The translations under genes were made by a program, and so were the position numbers. The notes below the pieces were generated by a model. That model was given only the letters and a program-made list of their open reading frames with translations, did no database searches and was not told the DNA's origin. This document shows, in pieces, positions 23,945 through 36,322 of a DNA stretch of 64,000 nucleotides; position 1 is the first letter of the stretch, and every line of letters starts with the position of its first letter. This DNA comes from Octopus sinensis (taxonomy: Eukaryota), in assembly GCF_006345805.1 (NCBI RefSeq), contig NC_042998.1, positions 42,160,001-42,224,000 of the forward strand, read 5' to 3'.

Positions 23945-24527
23945 GTATATTTCTCTTTTTCTTGACATGCTTTCTATTTTGTGTTGTTTTCTATGCTCCA
24001 AAATGTTTGGCTGGGTTTAAAATATTGATATATTTATTTTATAAACTGAATATTTCATTGCATTTAAATCATAAGGTTCTTGGAGAATATGCTAAAAAAT
24101 GAAGCTGCATTAACAAGTAAAGCTTAAAATGGGAATGATAACAAGTCTTCTTTTACTTGTTTCAGTCAGTGGACAGCAGCCCTGCTGGAGCACCACCTTG
24201 AAGGCTTTTAGTCAAACAAATTTATCTCAGCACTTATTTTCTTTAAGTCTGGTACTTACTCTATCAGTTCCTTTGGTCAAACTGTTAAGTTATGGGGACA
24301 TAAGCAAGCCAACACCAGTTATTATGTAGTGTTGGGAGACAAACACAAAGACATGGACACACACACACACACACACTATATATATATATGGATATATAAA
24401 AACTTACTAAGTGATGATATTTCAGTTCTTTTTCACTCAGTTTTGTTTAGCATTTGGATATTGTTTTTTAACTGTGCTGCAAATACCTTTCTATAAAAAA
24501 GAATATATGTATTTTTTTTTTCACCAG

Positions 24528-24676
24528 AAATTCTTCCTGCTCTTGGGATACTGCCTAAAACTGAGAATTATTATCTTCCTCAAGAAATTGTCTTTGCTTT
24601 GTCTAAACTAGACCAGCCTCCTGATGAAAGCCCCTCAAAGCCACTGACAAATGCTCACGATATTAAAAATTTGACT
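24528..24676 (+). CDS. AXDND1: AXDND1 exon
   Basis: Poly-T CAG acceptor, 149 nt, ILPALGILPKTENYYLPQEIVFALSKLDQPPDESPSKPLTNAHDIKNLT, GTAAGC. Resembles GLPEL...EFIPKEVLLSLT. Confidence 0.8.
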
Positions 24677-24737
24677 GTAAGCAGAAAAAATTGTTGATAT
24701 TTACTTTTTTTTTTATATTTGTAAAGAGTTTTCATCT

Positions 24738-24963
24738 AATCCTTTAACATTCAGATTACTCTGTCAAGTGTAATGCTCATTTATTCATATTGTTTTGAAT
24801 TAATCACACATTATCTTGTACCTTCAAGATTTCGATAATTTGATTGTTTATTTTTAGATTGACATTGTAGGGTAGGTATGAGAGGCCATATCTATTCAAT
24901 TTGAGCATAAAATAGGTAGGACATTTGAGTCTTATATGGCTGGTTTAAATGCTAAAGGTTTAA
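24738..24963. mobile_element. Second TTAA-type MITE family (further copies at about 28730-28931 and 41152-41379)
   Basis: Shared interior (GCTTATTTATTCACATTGTTTTG...GTAGGGTAGGTG) and CCCTTTAGCATT/AATGCTAAAGGG-like ends. Confidence 0.6.
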
Positions 24964-25957
24964 GATTTGTCAAATAGCCCTCTAATCAAATAAATCTATA
25001 ACATCAATTGCCATGATATTTCTCTTCTTGTATATACCAGTTTACTATAATTTATTAAAGAATGGTTAGAGTTCATTATTAGTAGATTTGATGTATTAGA
25101 AGCTTGCCTTCTTTTCTATTTTCTTATACACAAAACTGTTGGTTTATTTCATATTTCTTGAAGGAATTAGAATAAATGGGTTTTTTCTGAAAGCAGTAAT
25201 TTCTATGACACTGAGGTGACACAAGTACAGAAGCTTTGATTTTTGGTTTAATTTTTCAGTTATATGAAAAATGCCATTGGGAATGAAAGTAAATGAAAAG
25301 TTTCCTTTTTGGTATCTTGATTCAGCTACACACATTTCAAACAGAAGTGTGGTTACAATATTCCTTTTAAATTCCTGTTTGGCTAGATCAATAAATTGTG
25401 ATCAATGAAATAAATACTATATTCTTTTCAATGTTCCCAAGTGAGTAATATAACTCAGTTTTGGAGTCATTGGTTTAGTTTGTTTGATTGTGTTTAATTA
25501 GAATTCTGCTTACCAACATCACATCCTTACTTCTATTGATAAAAATTCTCAATAATTTTTTTCTATTAATCTTGTAATAGGAGAATATTTTGTTTAGTTG
25601 AGAGATGAATGAGAGTCAGTGTGAAGTTCTAAATATAAAATATTTCTTATTGTTAACAAACCAATGTTTTGTCATTGCAACAAATGACAACAAGATATTT
25701 ACACCAGTGAAAACAGTTCATGTAAGATGTATGTCAGTAATGATAGTAGCTGTCATTGAGTGAACAGAAGTCATCACTTTAAAAAATAATAATGGAATTA
25801 TTGTATACAGTGCTCAGATGCACCACAACTTTCTAGTGTTGAAGTTGAGTGGTGTAAATTCCAGCAGTCATTGATCTTGGCTGTGTTATGGCTACTAACT
25901 AGTTAGTAGATAAACTGTCTATAAATAGCTGATGGTCCCTCAAAGAAAAAGTACCTA

Positions 25958-26186
25958 TTTCTTTATTACCCACAAGGGGCTAAACACAGAGTGGACAAAC
26001 AAGGACAGACATAGGTATTAAGTCGATTACATCGATCCCAGTGCGTAACTGGTACTTAATTTATCGACCCCGAAAGGATGAAAGGCAAAGTCGACCTTGG
26101 CGGAATTTGAACTCACAACGTAACGCAGACGAAATACCGCTAAGCATTTCGCCTGGCGTGCTAGCGGTTCTGCCAACTTGCTGCCT
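25958..26186 (-). mobile_element. tRNA-derived SINE, second family (also about 2685-3070, 7395-7545, 41525-41735, 48960-49190, 51055-51270)
   Basis: Shared GACCCCGAAAGGATGAAAGGCAAAGTCGACC..GGAATTTGAACTC core. Confidence 0.8.
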
Positions 26187-27458
26187 AGTACCAAAGACAA
26201 AATTCTTAAAGACAAACCATACATTGTTTATTGTAATTACCCATGCATGGAAGATGAATGTTCAATGATGATGATGATGATGATGATGATGAATCTAATG
26301 AGTTAAACTTGTGTACATTGTACTACACTCGCTAACAGAGACTTGAATAGGTTAATTGCTTGTTGACATCATCAATCCATGACAGAATCCTGTTTGTGTC
26401 ATTTAGTTGTTTTTACATCTGAATGCAGTGATTCAGATTTAGTTCCTAGGCAGTTGGTTGGTGTTTGGGATTCTGTCAGTATTTCTGCTACAGTCTTAAT
26501 GTTGTGAAAGGACCATGGTTGTAATAGATATGTTCTTTGAATTATGGATGCTGTAGATTGAAAAAGATTGAGAACCAATGAACCAAATGAGGGTATGTTG
26601 CACACTTGTTGAGAGGTAGTAGTATATTTCTTAACTTCACTTTTAGTTTTATGTCTCAGTTCATAAGCCATTTATTAAAAAATTTCAAGAGTCCCCGTAA
26701 CTTAGCAGTTCGGCAAAAGAGACTGATAGAATAAGTACTAGGCTTACAAAGAATAAGTCCTGGGGATGATTTGCTCAACTAAAGGCGGTGCTCCAGCATG
26801 GCCACAGTCAAATGACTGAAATAAGTGAAAGAGTAAAAGAGTAAAGTTATCATTGTAAGGAAGTATTTTTAGCTCCTCAACTAGATTTCTGTTAATAAGC
26901 AGATACTGTTTATCAGTTCCTGGTTATTATGCAACGCATTGAATTTATTGTTTTGTGTTGTGGAGAGATAAAACAGGAGTTTTGCAACAAGATTAAAGAT
27001 GTCAGCTTTAGAAAATTTATGAAGTAAATAAAGTGATCCTAGATCACTCAACAACAGTTCCTATTCCACATGCATTGGGAGTGCTTGATTAAGCAGCATG
27101 GTGTCCCAAATAAGCACAATAGATTGTGCTTACTTACTCAATCTTCTGTATAGGGTACCCAATCTCATTGTCATATTAATTCTTTCCTGAATTATTATGA
27201 GATGATCAATGTGAAATGAGTACTGAATTCTCCTTTCCAAAAGTGTTTCATACAGTTTCTATCTACCCACATTTACTAAGAACATGAATCAATCTTTGGC
27301 TATTGAAAATGACATTTACTCAAGTGGAACAGAACCAAACCCTTGTGGATGGTTGTGAAGCAATCTTCTTAACCATTTGGCCATATTACACTTGTACAAT
27401 ATCTATACAATGATCAAAATGAAAATGCTATTGATATGCAATTTTTATGTATTTGAAG

Positions 27459-27559
27459 GGTTCTACAAGAAGACGACCTGAAAATGTATGGTCTTATAAA
27501 AGAAGAGAAAAGTACAAACATCTCACTGACAGCACTGTGTGCATCTGTGGCTCTGGAAA
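27459..27559 (+). CDS. AXDND1: AXDND1 exon
   Basis: 101 nt, GSTRRRPENVWSYKRREKYKHLTDSTVCICGSG(K), GTGAGT donor. Matches VWHHPVRRNKFKYL..HPVSLTGAGR. Confidence 0.9.
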
Positions 27560-27819
27560 GTGAGTACCATGAAATTGTTATCACATAACATTATAATGTC
27601 AGCAGAAGTGGTGAACCTGGTAGCATGCTGTTTAGTTTCTTCTCTTTTATTTTCTAAGTCCAGATCCTATCAGGACTAAATTCTGCAATTTCTCCTTTTT
27701 GATAAAATAACTATCAGTCTGTAAAATATTTTGACTGTACCTGCAATTTGTACACACAAATGTAGAATATTAGAGACCTTCAACCTCTCTCTGTCTTAGT
27801 TTACTCCCCCCCCTCTCTA

Positions 27820-27945
27820 ATCTCTGACGAGGCCTTGAGATATATATATAAGTAACTCATTTTTAATTGCATATTACCTCAATACATCTGACTAATATAG
27901 GCAGAATGAGATACCTTTATCTACAGGCTGAAACAGCTGTAAGAT
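27820..27945 (+). ncRNA. Type I hammerhead ribozyme (minimal stem III, long stem II insert)
   Basis: ATCT-CTGACGA-GGCCT...AGGCT-GAAAC-AGCT-GTA-AGAT. Stem II extends through AGATA/TATCT. Cleavage after 27941. Confidence 0.72.
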
Positions 27946-28335
27946 CCATTTTATCTGTATTATCCTTATGGTATTATTATCATACATATTGATGTATATT
28001 GTTTTGTTTTGTTGGATTTGGATGTTCCTATTTATGTAGTTAATAAATAATATGAATTGGTAATATCTGTAAGTCGATGATTGAAATGAATCTGTTCCTC
28101 CTTTTTATTATTTGTATTATATATATATATATATAGGTTTTGAGAGGTAATGGTGTCAAGAAGACTCAAAGGTGTCAGGTAATGCTGAGTAAGTGCTATG
28201 GACAGACTATAGTTAAGCCCCAGGTTCAGTGATTATGCAAATGAGGTCATATATTAGCATGCATATATAAAAAATTAACAGAATGAGATAAAAATCCAAG
28301 GCTGTGAAAGATTTCAGAACATTTATAAAGAGAAG

Positions 28336-28383
28336 GTCTTACGGCTGTTTCCGGGATATTTTATATATCCCTTCATCGGAGAT
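28336..28383 (-). ncRNA. Degenerate hammerhead-like motif
   Basis: Minus: TCT-CCGATGA-A-GGGATAT-ATAAA-ATATCCC-G-GAAAC-AGCC-GTA-AGA. U4 to C substitution. Confidence 0.45.
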
Positions 28384-28581
28384 GGTGCGAGAAAATGGTT
28401 AAGCAATGGTTATTCTAGAGAAGATATGAAATAGAGAGTGAAAAAAAAGAAAAAAAAAGGAAAGAAAAGAAAACGCAAAATCACAAATAAAAGCCGCCTG
28501 ATAATGATTTTATAATTTACTGGAAAATGTCCTTAAAATATAAAAAAGTCTAAATTTCTTGTATTTGTTTCCTTAATTTAG

Positions 28582-28687
28582 GGACATCTCATTTTTATAT
28601 GATGCCTTACCAACCGAGAAATCAGAACTATATTTTAAAGACCTGGAAAATAAGATGACTCAGAAAAAAACCGATGATAAAATTCCA
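28582..28687 (+). CDS. AXDND1: AXDND1 exon
   Basis: 106 nt, DISFLYDALPTEKSELYFKDLENKMTQKKTDDKIP, GTATGT. DISFLYD is the AXDND1 signature. Confidence 0.92.
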
Positions 28688-29020
28688 GTATGTATTTTAA
28701 TTATCCTTTTTTTTAATGTATTTTTTTAATGCTTTAGCATTCGCATTTCTTTGTCAAGTTTATTGCCTATTTATTCACATTGTTTTGTATTAATCTAGTA
28801 TTTTCTTGTAGCTTCAAAATTTCAATGATGTGTTTGTATATTTTTGGAATGACAGTGTAGGGTAGGTGTGAGAAGTTGGATCTGGTCAGTTTTAGCATAA
28901 AACACATTGACTGTTTAGGCCGATTATGGTCAGTAAATACTAAAGGGTTACATTATCTTTTACTTGTTTAACTTGTTGGACTGTGACCATGCTGGGGCAC
29001 TGCTTTGAATATTGAGAATC

Positions 29021-29124
29021 ATATATTATATATATATAATTATATATATATATAATATATATATATAATATATATATAGTATATATATTATATATATATA
29101 TTATAATATATATTATATATATAT

Positions 29125-29171
<47 letters not shown>

Positions 29172-29442
29172 ATATTATATATATATATATATATTATATA
29201 TATATATATATAATATTATATATATATTATATAATATATATATATATATTATATATATATAATTATATATATATATTATTATATATATATATTATATTAT
29301 ATAATATATATATATATATTATATATATATATATATATTAATATATATTATATATATATATATATATATATTATTATATATATATATTATATATTATATA
29401 TATATATATATTATATATATATATATATTATCTATATATATA

Positions 29443-29494
<52 letters not shown>

Positions 29495-29643
29495 TATTAT
29501 TATATATATATATATATATCTATTATATATATATATATATTATATAATATATTATATATAATATATATATTATTATATAATATATATATATATTATATCG
29601 GACGCTAAATGATGATGATGATGATGATGATGATATATATATA

Positions 29644-29688
<45 letters not shown>

Positions 29689-29691
29689 ATC

Positions 29692-29723
<32 letters not shown>

Positions 29724-29736
29724 ATATATTATATAT

Positions 29737-29782
<46 letters not shown>

Positions 29783-29825
29783 ATATATATATATATTATA
29801 TATATATTATAATATATATATATAT

Positions 29826-29870
<45 letters not shown>

Positions 29871-29894
29871 ATTATATATATAATATATATATAT

Positions 29895-29968
<74 letters not shown>

Positions 29969-29974
29969 AATATA

Positions 29975-30043
<69 letters not shown>

Positions 30044-30050
30044 CTATATA
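29021..30050. repeat. ~1-kb imperfect (TA)n tract with an embedded SINE tail at about 29600-29632
   Basis: Directly visible. Shorter (TA)n, (CATA)n, (CA)n and (GA)n tracts occur throughout, e.g. 23520, 37775, 61450-62240, 63750. Confidence 0.97.
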
Positions 30051-30844
30051 TTATTGACCTTTGCTTGTTCACTGGTAGATTGTGGTTTAGCATCGTGGTG
30101 ATGACTCCTTCAAAGTGCTGGGTATTAAAACACTTGAAAGTGATAGACAGGTGAGACAACTCACCCCAAATCCCATTTGAGAACAATGGACATCAATGTT
30201 TCACCATTTGTTGCTTATCAACATTACGTACCTGAACTGACTTTTGAAAAAAATTTGTTTATCTAAGTAAGGCTTGAGGCTACTGTAGCATAAAAGACTA
30301 AAAGGAAGGAAAAGAGGTGGGGAGGGGCTATAAATTCAGAAAATATATCAATTGATAAGAAGCTTAAAAGGAATGAACATCATAGGCCAGAGGAAAACAA
30401 GATGGTGGTAGTGAGTTTCAGAGAGTAGCAGTTTGAGAAAAATAGTAGAATAAAAGGACTTATGGACTAACAAAAAGCCCAACAAAGAACCAATGCACCT
30501 GGTAAAAAAGGTGGGTTGACATGTTTAAAGTTCTTGACAGAGGGTCCTACATCAGAAGGTTCCTCAGAGCAATGACCCTGGAAATATCCAGACTTATACA
30601 AAAAGTACAATAAAGATACATTTTGATGATGAGCCAAAGATTCCAACCTAGTAGAAAGAAGAGCATGTTAACTCAATTTTAAATTTGATCAAGTAAATTA
30701 GACACTCAGAGGAGACACCAACCCAAAGATGACAGCCATATTCAAATCAAGGTGAAATGGTGGCCTTATAGTCTTGGAATTGAAACCATGATCTTACAGT
30801 CACGACTGCAACACTCTGACCATTAGGCCACATACATTCTTATT

Positions 30845-31075
30845 ATAATCTCTTTACTCTTTTACTTGTTTCAGTCATTTGACTGTGGCCATGCTGGAGC
30901 ACCGCCTTTAGTCGAGCAAATCGACCCTGGGACTTATTCTTTGTAAGCCCAGTACTTATTCTATCGGTCTCTTTTGCCGAACCGCTAAGTGACGGGGACG
31001 TAAACACACCAGCATCGGTTGTCAAGCAATGCTAGGGGGACAAACACAGACACACAAACATATACACACACTTAT

Positions 31076-31128
<53 letters not shown>

Positions 31129-31290
31129 CGACAGGCTTCTTTCAGTTTCCGTCTAAAAATCCACTCACAAGGCATTGGTCGGCCGGGGCTATAGCAGAAG
31201 ACACTTGCCCAAGATGCCACGAGTGGGACTGAACCCGGAACCATGTGGTTGGTTAGCAAGCTACTTACCACACAGCCACTCCTGCGCCTA
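30845..31290 (-). mobile_element. Full-length composite SINE, same family as 594-995 (also about 23560-23780, 26690-26845, 34690-34860, 36400-36670, 37200-37510, 47405-47830, 51660-52080)
   Basis: Near-colinear reverse complement of 594-995. Confidence 0.85.
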
Positions 31291-31849
31291 TGTACTTATT
31301 TATTTTTGGCAAGTCCCTTAAGATTATCCCTAAACTTTATAACCACTACATTATTCCTACTAATCTCTCCAAAGATAAATTTTCATTTATTTTATTCACA
31401 ACATTCACTTCATTTTAGAATTCACTCGGATCATTTCAGAGCTTCTTGACATCAGTTTCCTACTTTGCTGTTTCTGTGAATGACAATTCCTTGACTACTT
31501 CTGCACTCTTCAATTCACTCAGATATATGCACTCACACACACTAATACTCATACTCCACCACATAAATTCTTACACTGTCTCACATACACAAGAATACTC
31601 ACATGCACTCCAACCTTGAATAAGCATCTTCTCACCTTGCACACATTAAAAACATCCTTTTTTACGCTTCCTTTGAATCCTAAAATTGTCTTGAAGATTT
31701 GAGATATACTTGAAAATAATTCTTTGTAAAATTTGTTTCATCAGTAGAGGTGTTTAACAAAATAGAAAATTATTTATGACTCAACCCAATATATATATGT
31801 ATGTGTGTGTATACATACATACATACATACATACATACATACATACACA

Positions 31850-32180
31850 TTTCGTTTTTGTATTTGGTTTGCAAGATTCTTTATGTGAATTCGGGTGTTG
31901 AAACATATTTTATTGTGTTAGGGGAGAGTCATTCTCTTTTAGTGACTTATTATTTAACACAGTCACCAGTTCAATTTCCACTCATTTAATTATTTATTTT
32001 GTCTAAAATTTTCATTGACAATTTTATTCTAAAATTTTCAATGACAATTTTCAATTGTCATTGACTCAACGACTATTGAAAAGGTTGTAAGACAACGGAT
32101 ATTTTAGAAAAAATAAATAACTAAATGAATGGAAATCGAACAGGTGAGTGTGTTAAATGATTAGGCACTAAAAGAGAATG
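31850..32180. mobile_element. Fold-back repeat family (copies also at about 48372-48690 and 54086-54345)
   Basis: Shared GGTTTGCAAGATTCTTTAT..GGAGAGTCATTCTCTTTT arm with an internal inverted copy (AAAAGAGAATGACTC). Confidence 0.65.
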
Positions 32181-32229
32181 ACTCACCTCAGACATAATAT
32201 ATATATATATATATATATAATATATATAT

Positions 32230-32830
32230 ATAATCATCATCATCATCATCATCATCGTTTAACGTCCGCTTTCCATGCTAGCATGGGTTGGACGGTTCAA
32301 CTGGGGTCTGGGAAGCCCGAAGGCTGCACCAGGCCAGTCAGATGTGGCAGTGTTTCTACAGCTGGATGCCCTTCCTAACGCCAACCACTCCGAGAGTGTA
32401 GTGGGTGATTTTATGTGCCACCGACACAGGTGCCAGACGAGGCTGGCAGACGGCCACGCTCGGATGGTGTTTTTTATGTGCCACCGACACAGGTGCCAGA
32501 CGAGGCTGGCAGACGGCCACGCTCGGATGGTGTTTTTTTATGTGCCACCGACACAGGTGCCAGACGAGGCTGGCAGACGGCCACGCTCGGATGGTGTTTT
32601 TTATGTGCCACCGACACAGGTGCCAGACGAGGCTGGCATAATTCCCTCTCTCTCTTTCGGAGAGGCACTGAGCAGCTATACACACACATACACACACGGC
32701 AGTAACTTCCACCTACCGAATTCAATCACAAAGCTCCGGTCGGCTCGGGGCTATAGTGGAAGACACCTACCCAAAGTGTCACGCAGTGGGACTGAACCCG
32801 AAACCATGTAGCTAGGAAGCAAGCTCCCTA
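32230..32830 (-). mobile_element. SINE with (GAT)n tail and internal 63-64 bp tandem expansion (family also at about 2030-2175, 18870-19070, 19800-19950, 36860-37110, 40945-41150, 53180-53345)
   Basis: CCATGCTAGCATGGGTTGGACG / CAGCTGGATGCCCTTCCTAACGCC core. Four units at 32413, 32476, 32540 and 32603. Confidence 0.8.
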
Positions 32831-32920
32831 ACCACACAGCCATGCCCATAGGATAAAATTTTTTTCGGGAAAAAAATTTTATCAATGGCCAGCATATCAA
32901 AAAATGCCTTTAAAGGTAAA

Positions 32921-33259
32921 ATTTATACATAATTTACAAGATAAGGGCAGAAGAAAAGTTCAGATTTTTCTATTTCAGATATATTTGGGGTATTTAAGTC
33001 TGCTCGGGACTTGGTGCTTGCTTCTTCCGTGGGTATGAATAAGTATTTCATTTATATCTCGCATATTTGCTGCTGAAGAGGGGAAAATTTCTTGTGAATT
33101 AACTCCGAAATTGGACCAATACGGTAATAATGAATTTTTTAGAGATTACTATTGGTTTGTTTCAAGACGCATAAATTTAATGGTTATCGACAATTTTTTG
33201 TTTCGGTGTATCTGGCATTAGAATTTTTCTTCTGCCCTTATCTTGTAAATTATATAAAT
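32921..33259. mobile_element. Non-autonomous element with ~40-bp inverted arms enclosing an HHR (Penelope-derived candidate)
   Basis: TAATTTACAAGATAAGGGCAGAAGAAAA in the left arm (32921-32961) and its reverse complement in 33221-33259. Confidence 0.65.
33067..33127 (+). ncRNA. Type I hammerhead ribozyme inside an inverted-repeat element
   Basis: TTGCTG-CTGAAGA-GGGG...CTCC-GAAA-TTGGACCAA-TA-CGGTAA. Stem III ATTG/CAAT, AUA cleavage after 33121. Confidence 0.65.
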
Positions 33260-33611
33260 ATATATATAAGTAAGCTTCTTACCACATAGCAACACCTCTT
33301 GTGGAGGAAGGCCTATGTGGTTGGTTAGTCTACTAGAAATAGTAGCCAAAACGCCTTTAAACCATACCAAACAGTCTTGCAAAAGAATGCAGTTAATAAT
33401 GTTGTTCAAGGTACGCTATTCCAGAAGAAAGTATGGTATGGTCTGAGCTGGAATTACCTTTGATTATAGGTCTTGCTATTCTGTCACGTCTGACCTGGAC
33501 TAAATAACAATAAGTTCAGTTGATCTCCAGAATTACTCCTAGTTTTGCCTCAAACCCTCTGCTATTCTTTCTTAAGAAAAACACAAACCTATGTAACTCC
33601 CTTGTCGCAAG

Positions 33612-34175
33612 TATTGGGTTGTCTGGAAAGTTTGCGCCGATTTTTAAAGGAAAGAAAAAGGTCAATAAATACTTGCCATTACATTTTTAATCAACCAGAT
33701 AGGAACCATTTTGTTGTACAATGTGTCTCCATTTTTCCTTTAACTTGAAAATACCCTCTTCCCAGAATTGAGGTGGTTTCATGGCAAAGAATTCATCAAG
33801 GAATCTTTTTACGTCATCTAAGAAATTTTTACCATTAAGACTATTCTGCAGAGACCCGAATAAGTGGAAATCCGAAGGAGCAATATCTGGGGAATATGGA
33901 GGGTGGGGTAACACATCCTAGCCGAGCTGCAGCAATTTTTGTCTGGTTCCCAAAGCATCAAGTGCCGAAAAGTAACTTTCTTATCTTCCATTTTAAAGGG
34001 TTACAATATTAACACAGGTTATAGGAACATCAGCTTTCTTCCACGAAAAGATAGCTTAAACTATGCTCTAAATGGAGGTGTAGTAAAATCCTATTTTATG
34101 GACTCAACAATGTTCTGAAATAAATCAAAAGTTAAGTTACTATAAATCGGCATGAACTTTCCGGACAACCCAATA
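33612..34175 (-). mobile_element. Internally deleted mariner with both TIRs
   Basis: LPHPPYSPDIAPSDFHLF motif (ORF 33687-33914). TIRs TATTGGGTTGTCTGGAAAG / CTTTCCGGACAACCCAATA. Confidence 0.9.
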
Positions 34176-34852
34176 CTTTTACATTGATGGAAAAACAGAA
34201 AATTTAAGTCTCCTCAAAGAAGATGTAATGATTGCACTTGATCTAACATTGTTTTTACTGATTCATATATACACCGCTATATTGCCCTTGTTCTAATATT
34301 CGCACTACAGTCTACTTATACATTAGTGAAACGAGTTGTATGTTGGTGGATTCCTTCAATAAAATCACTCAAGTCATGAAACAACAGTTAAGATGTATCT
34401 ATAACCAGACATTCAGTTTCTGTCTACTAAATCCATTCACAAGGTTTTGGTTGTCATGGGAGCTGTGCTGTTTTCTGACTTTGTAAACATGTCCACGGGT
34501 GTTAGACAAGTGGAGTTTGAAAGAATTTAAAAGTTGCTTCCCTTGCTTAAGTAAGAGTTGCTTACCTTTCAATGTTACTCGCTTTCAGCTTTTACTGCCG
34601 TTTGAGACGGCTATTTGAAATAAATTGATTCCGATACTATGAAAAATTGAGATATTATTTGCCAAAAATGAAAATAAATAAATATATAGATAGGTACAGA
34701 CGTGACTGTGTAGTAAGAAGCTTGCTTCCCAACCACATGGTTCGGGTTCAGTACCACAGCTGGCACATTTGTCAAGTGTTTTCTACTATAGTCTTTGGTT
34801 GGCCGAAGTCTTGTGAGTGGATGTGGTAGACGGAAACTGAAAGAAGCTCGTC

Positions 34853-34895
<43 letters not shown>

Positions 34896-35108
34896 GTGAA
34901 ATAGAAAGATGAATAATCTTGTAGTAGATTAATCAAAAGTTTAACCGATACCTTAGTAGCAAAAATCACAGCAGTAAACAGCACGGTTGGAGGTACAACC
35001 ATCTGGCGTTGCAACCGTGCGTTGGTGCGGATAATTGAAATTAAAACATTATTGGTGAATTGAAGAAATGGAGCTGAACGCAGATTGAACAGAAATCGTT
35101 TTATTTCA

Positions 35109-35188
35109 TTCTACACGTGTTTCGAAAGGCACAAATTACCAAAATCCGATTGAATAATGGGACCATATTGTGTCTTTCTCTTCAGGAA
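35109..35188 (-). ncRNA. Type I hammerhead in Penelope pLTR
   Basis: Minus: TTC-CTGAAGA-GAAAG...CTTTC-GAAA-CACGT-GTA-GAA, with palindromic stem III ACACGTGT. Confidence 0.8.
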
Positions 35189-36242
35189 GAAAAAAGGAAA
35201 TCCGTTGGAAAAACAAAAACAGAACAGAGGCGGAGCAAAAACAAATCGAACTGTGCTCCTAAGAGCCCATGGCGAAACTGTTTATCAGTGTATGTTGAGA
35301 ACCGGTGGCTGAAGAATTCAACGGTCAATCATGTGGGTGAGGGTGTATAGATGTTCTTTGTGACCGAGAATAAAGTTCTGACTATTTAAGGAATATTGGA
35401 TGTTTTATAAGGGGCGAGAAAAAATCTACTTAGAGACGTGTGTGTGTGTATACTGTTCAATATATGTGTGTGTTGGCGTAGGGGTAGAAAACATTTTTTG
35501 TGTACGTGTGTGCGTTTGATCTTTCGGCTGTCAGTGGCTACTGCCGTGATAACCGTTGGGTGGCAGAAAGAAAAAAAAAAAAAAAAATATATATATATTA
35601 TGTTTTATGTGTGTGTGTGTTCATCTAAGCCTGCCTTGTCAAGGAAACCCGCCGCTGTGAAAAAACCAAGCCCCGTTTGTCTTACAGGAGTAATTCCCCT
35701 TGCAGTGGTTAATCGTAGATATCTTAAAGGCTATTTCAGAATTTGTTACCAAGGGCTATGGGTGCCGGTATTATTCATAAACGCTATTTAAAAGCCAGAT
35801 AAGTGTAACGCCGCCAATGGGGGCATCGAAAAGCCGACTGTAAGAGCCCGTTTACCATCCGGCCTCTGGCAAACAAAATATGGAAGAGTTCGGAGACACA
35901 AAGGTTGCACTGTCTTCTGCCCCTATCAAATGGGAGGGCCACCGACAAAATTGACCATTCCAGCCTATAGCTTAAGTTCGTATCCTTCAGTCGCCATATT
36001 AGCTTACTGAGTCCCGTATCCAATATTCCTTAAATAGTCAGAACTTTATTCTCGGTCACAAAGAACATCTATACACCCTCACCCACATGATTGACCGATG
36101 CCTGACCCGTTGAATTCTTCAGCCACCGGTTCTCAACATACACTGATAAACAGTTTCGCCATGGGCTCTTAGGAGCACAGTTCGATTTGTTTTTGCTCCG
36201 CCTCTGTTCTGTTTTTGTTTTTCCAACGGATTTCCTTTTTTC

Positions 36243-36322
36243 TTCCTGAAGAGAAAGACACAATATGGTCCCATTATTCAATCGGATTTTGGTAATTTGT
36301 GCCTTTCGAAACACGTGTAGAA
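36243..36322 (+). ncRNA. Type I hammerhead in inverted Penelope pLTR
   Basis: CTGAAGA 36246-52, GAAAG/CTTTC stem II, GAAA 36308-11, ACACGTGT 36311-18, cleavage after 36319. Confidence 0.8.

Noticed and set aside
32413-32638. CRISPR-like appearance of the 63-bp and 48-bp (46277-47000) arrays
   Set aside because: No unique spacers, eukaryotic context and no cas genes.
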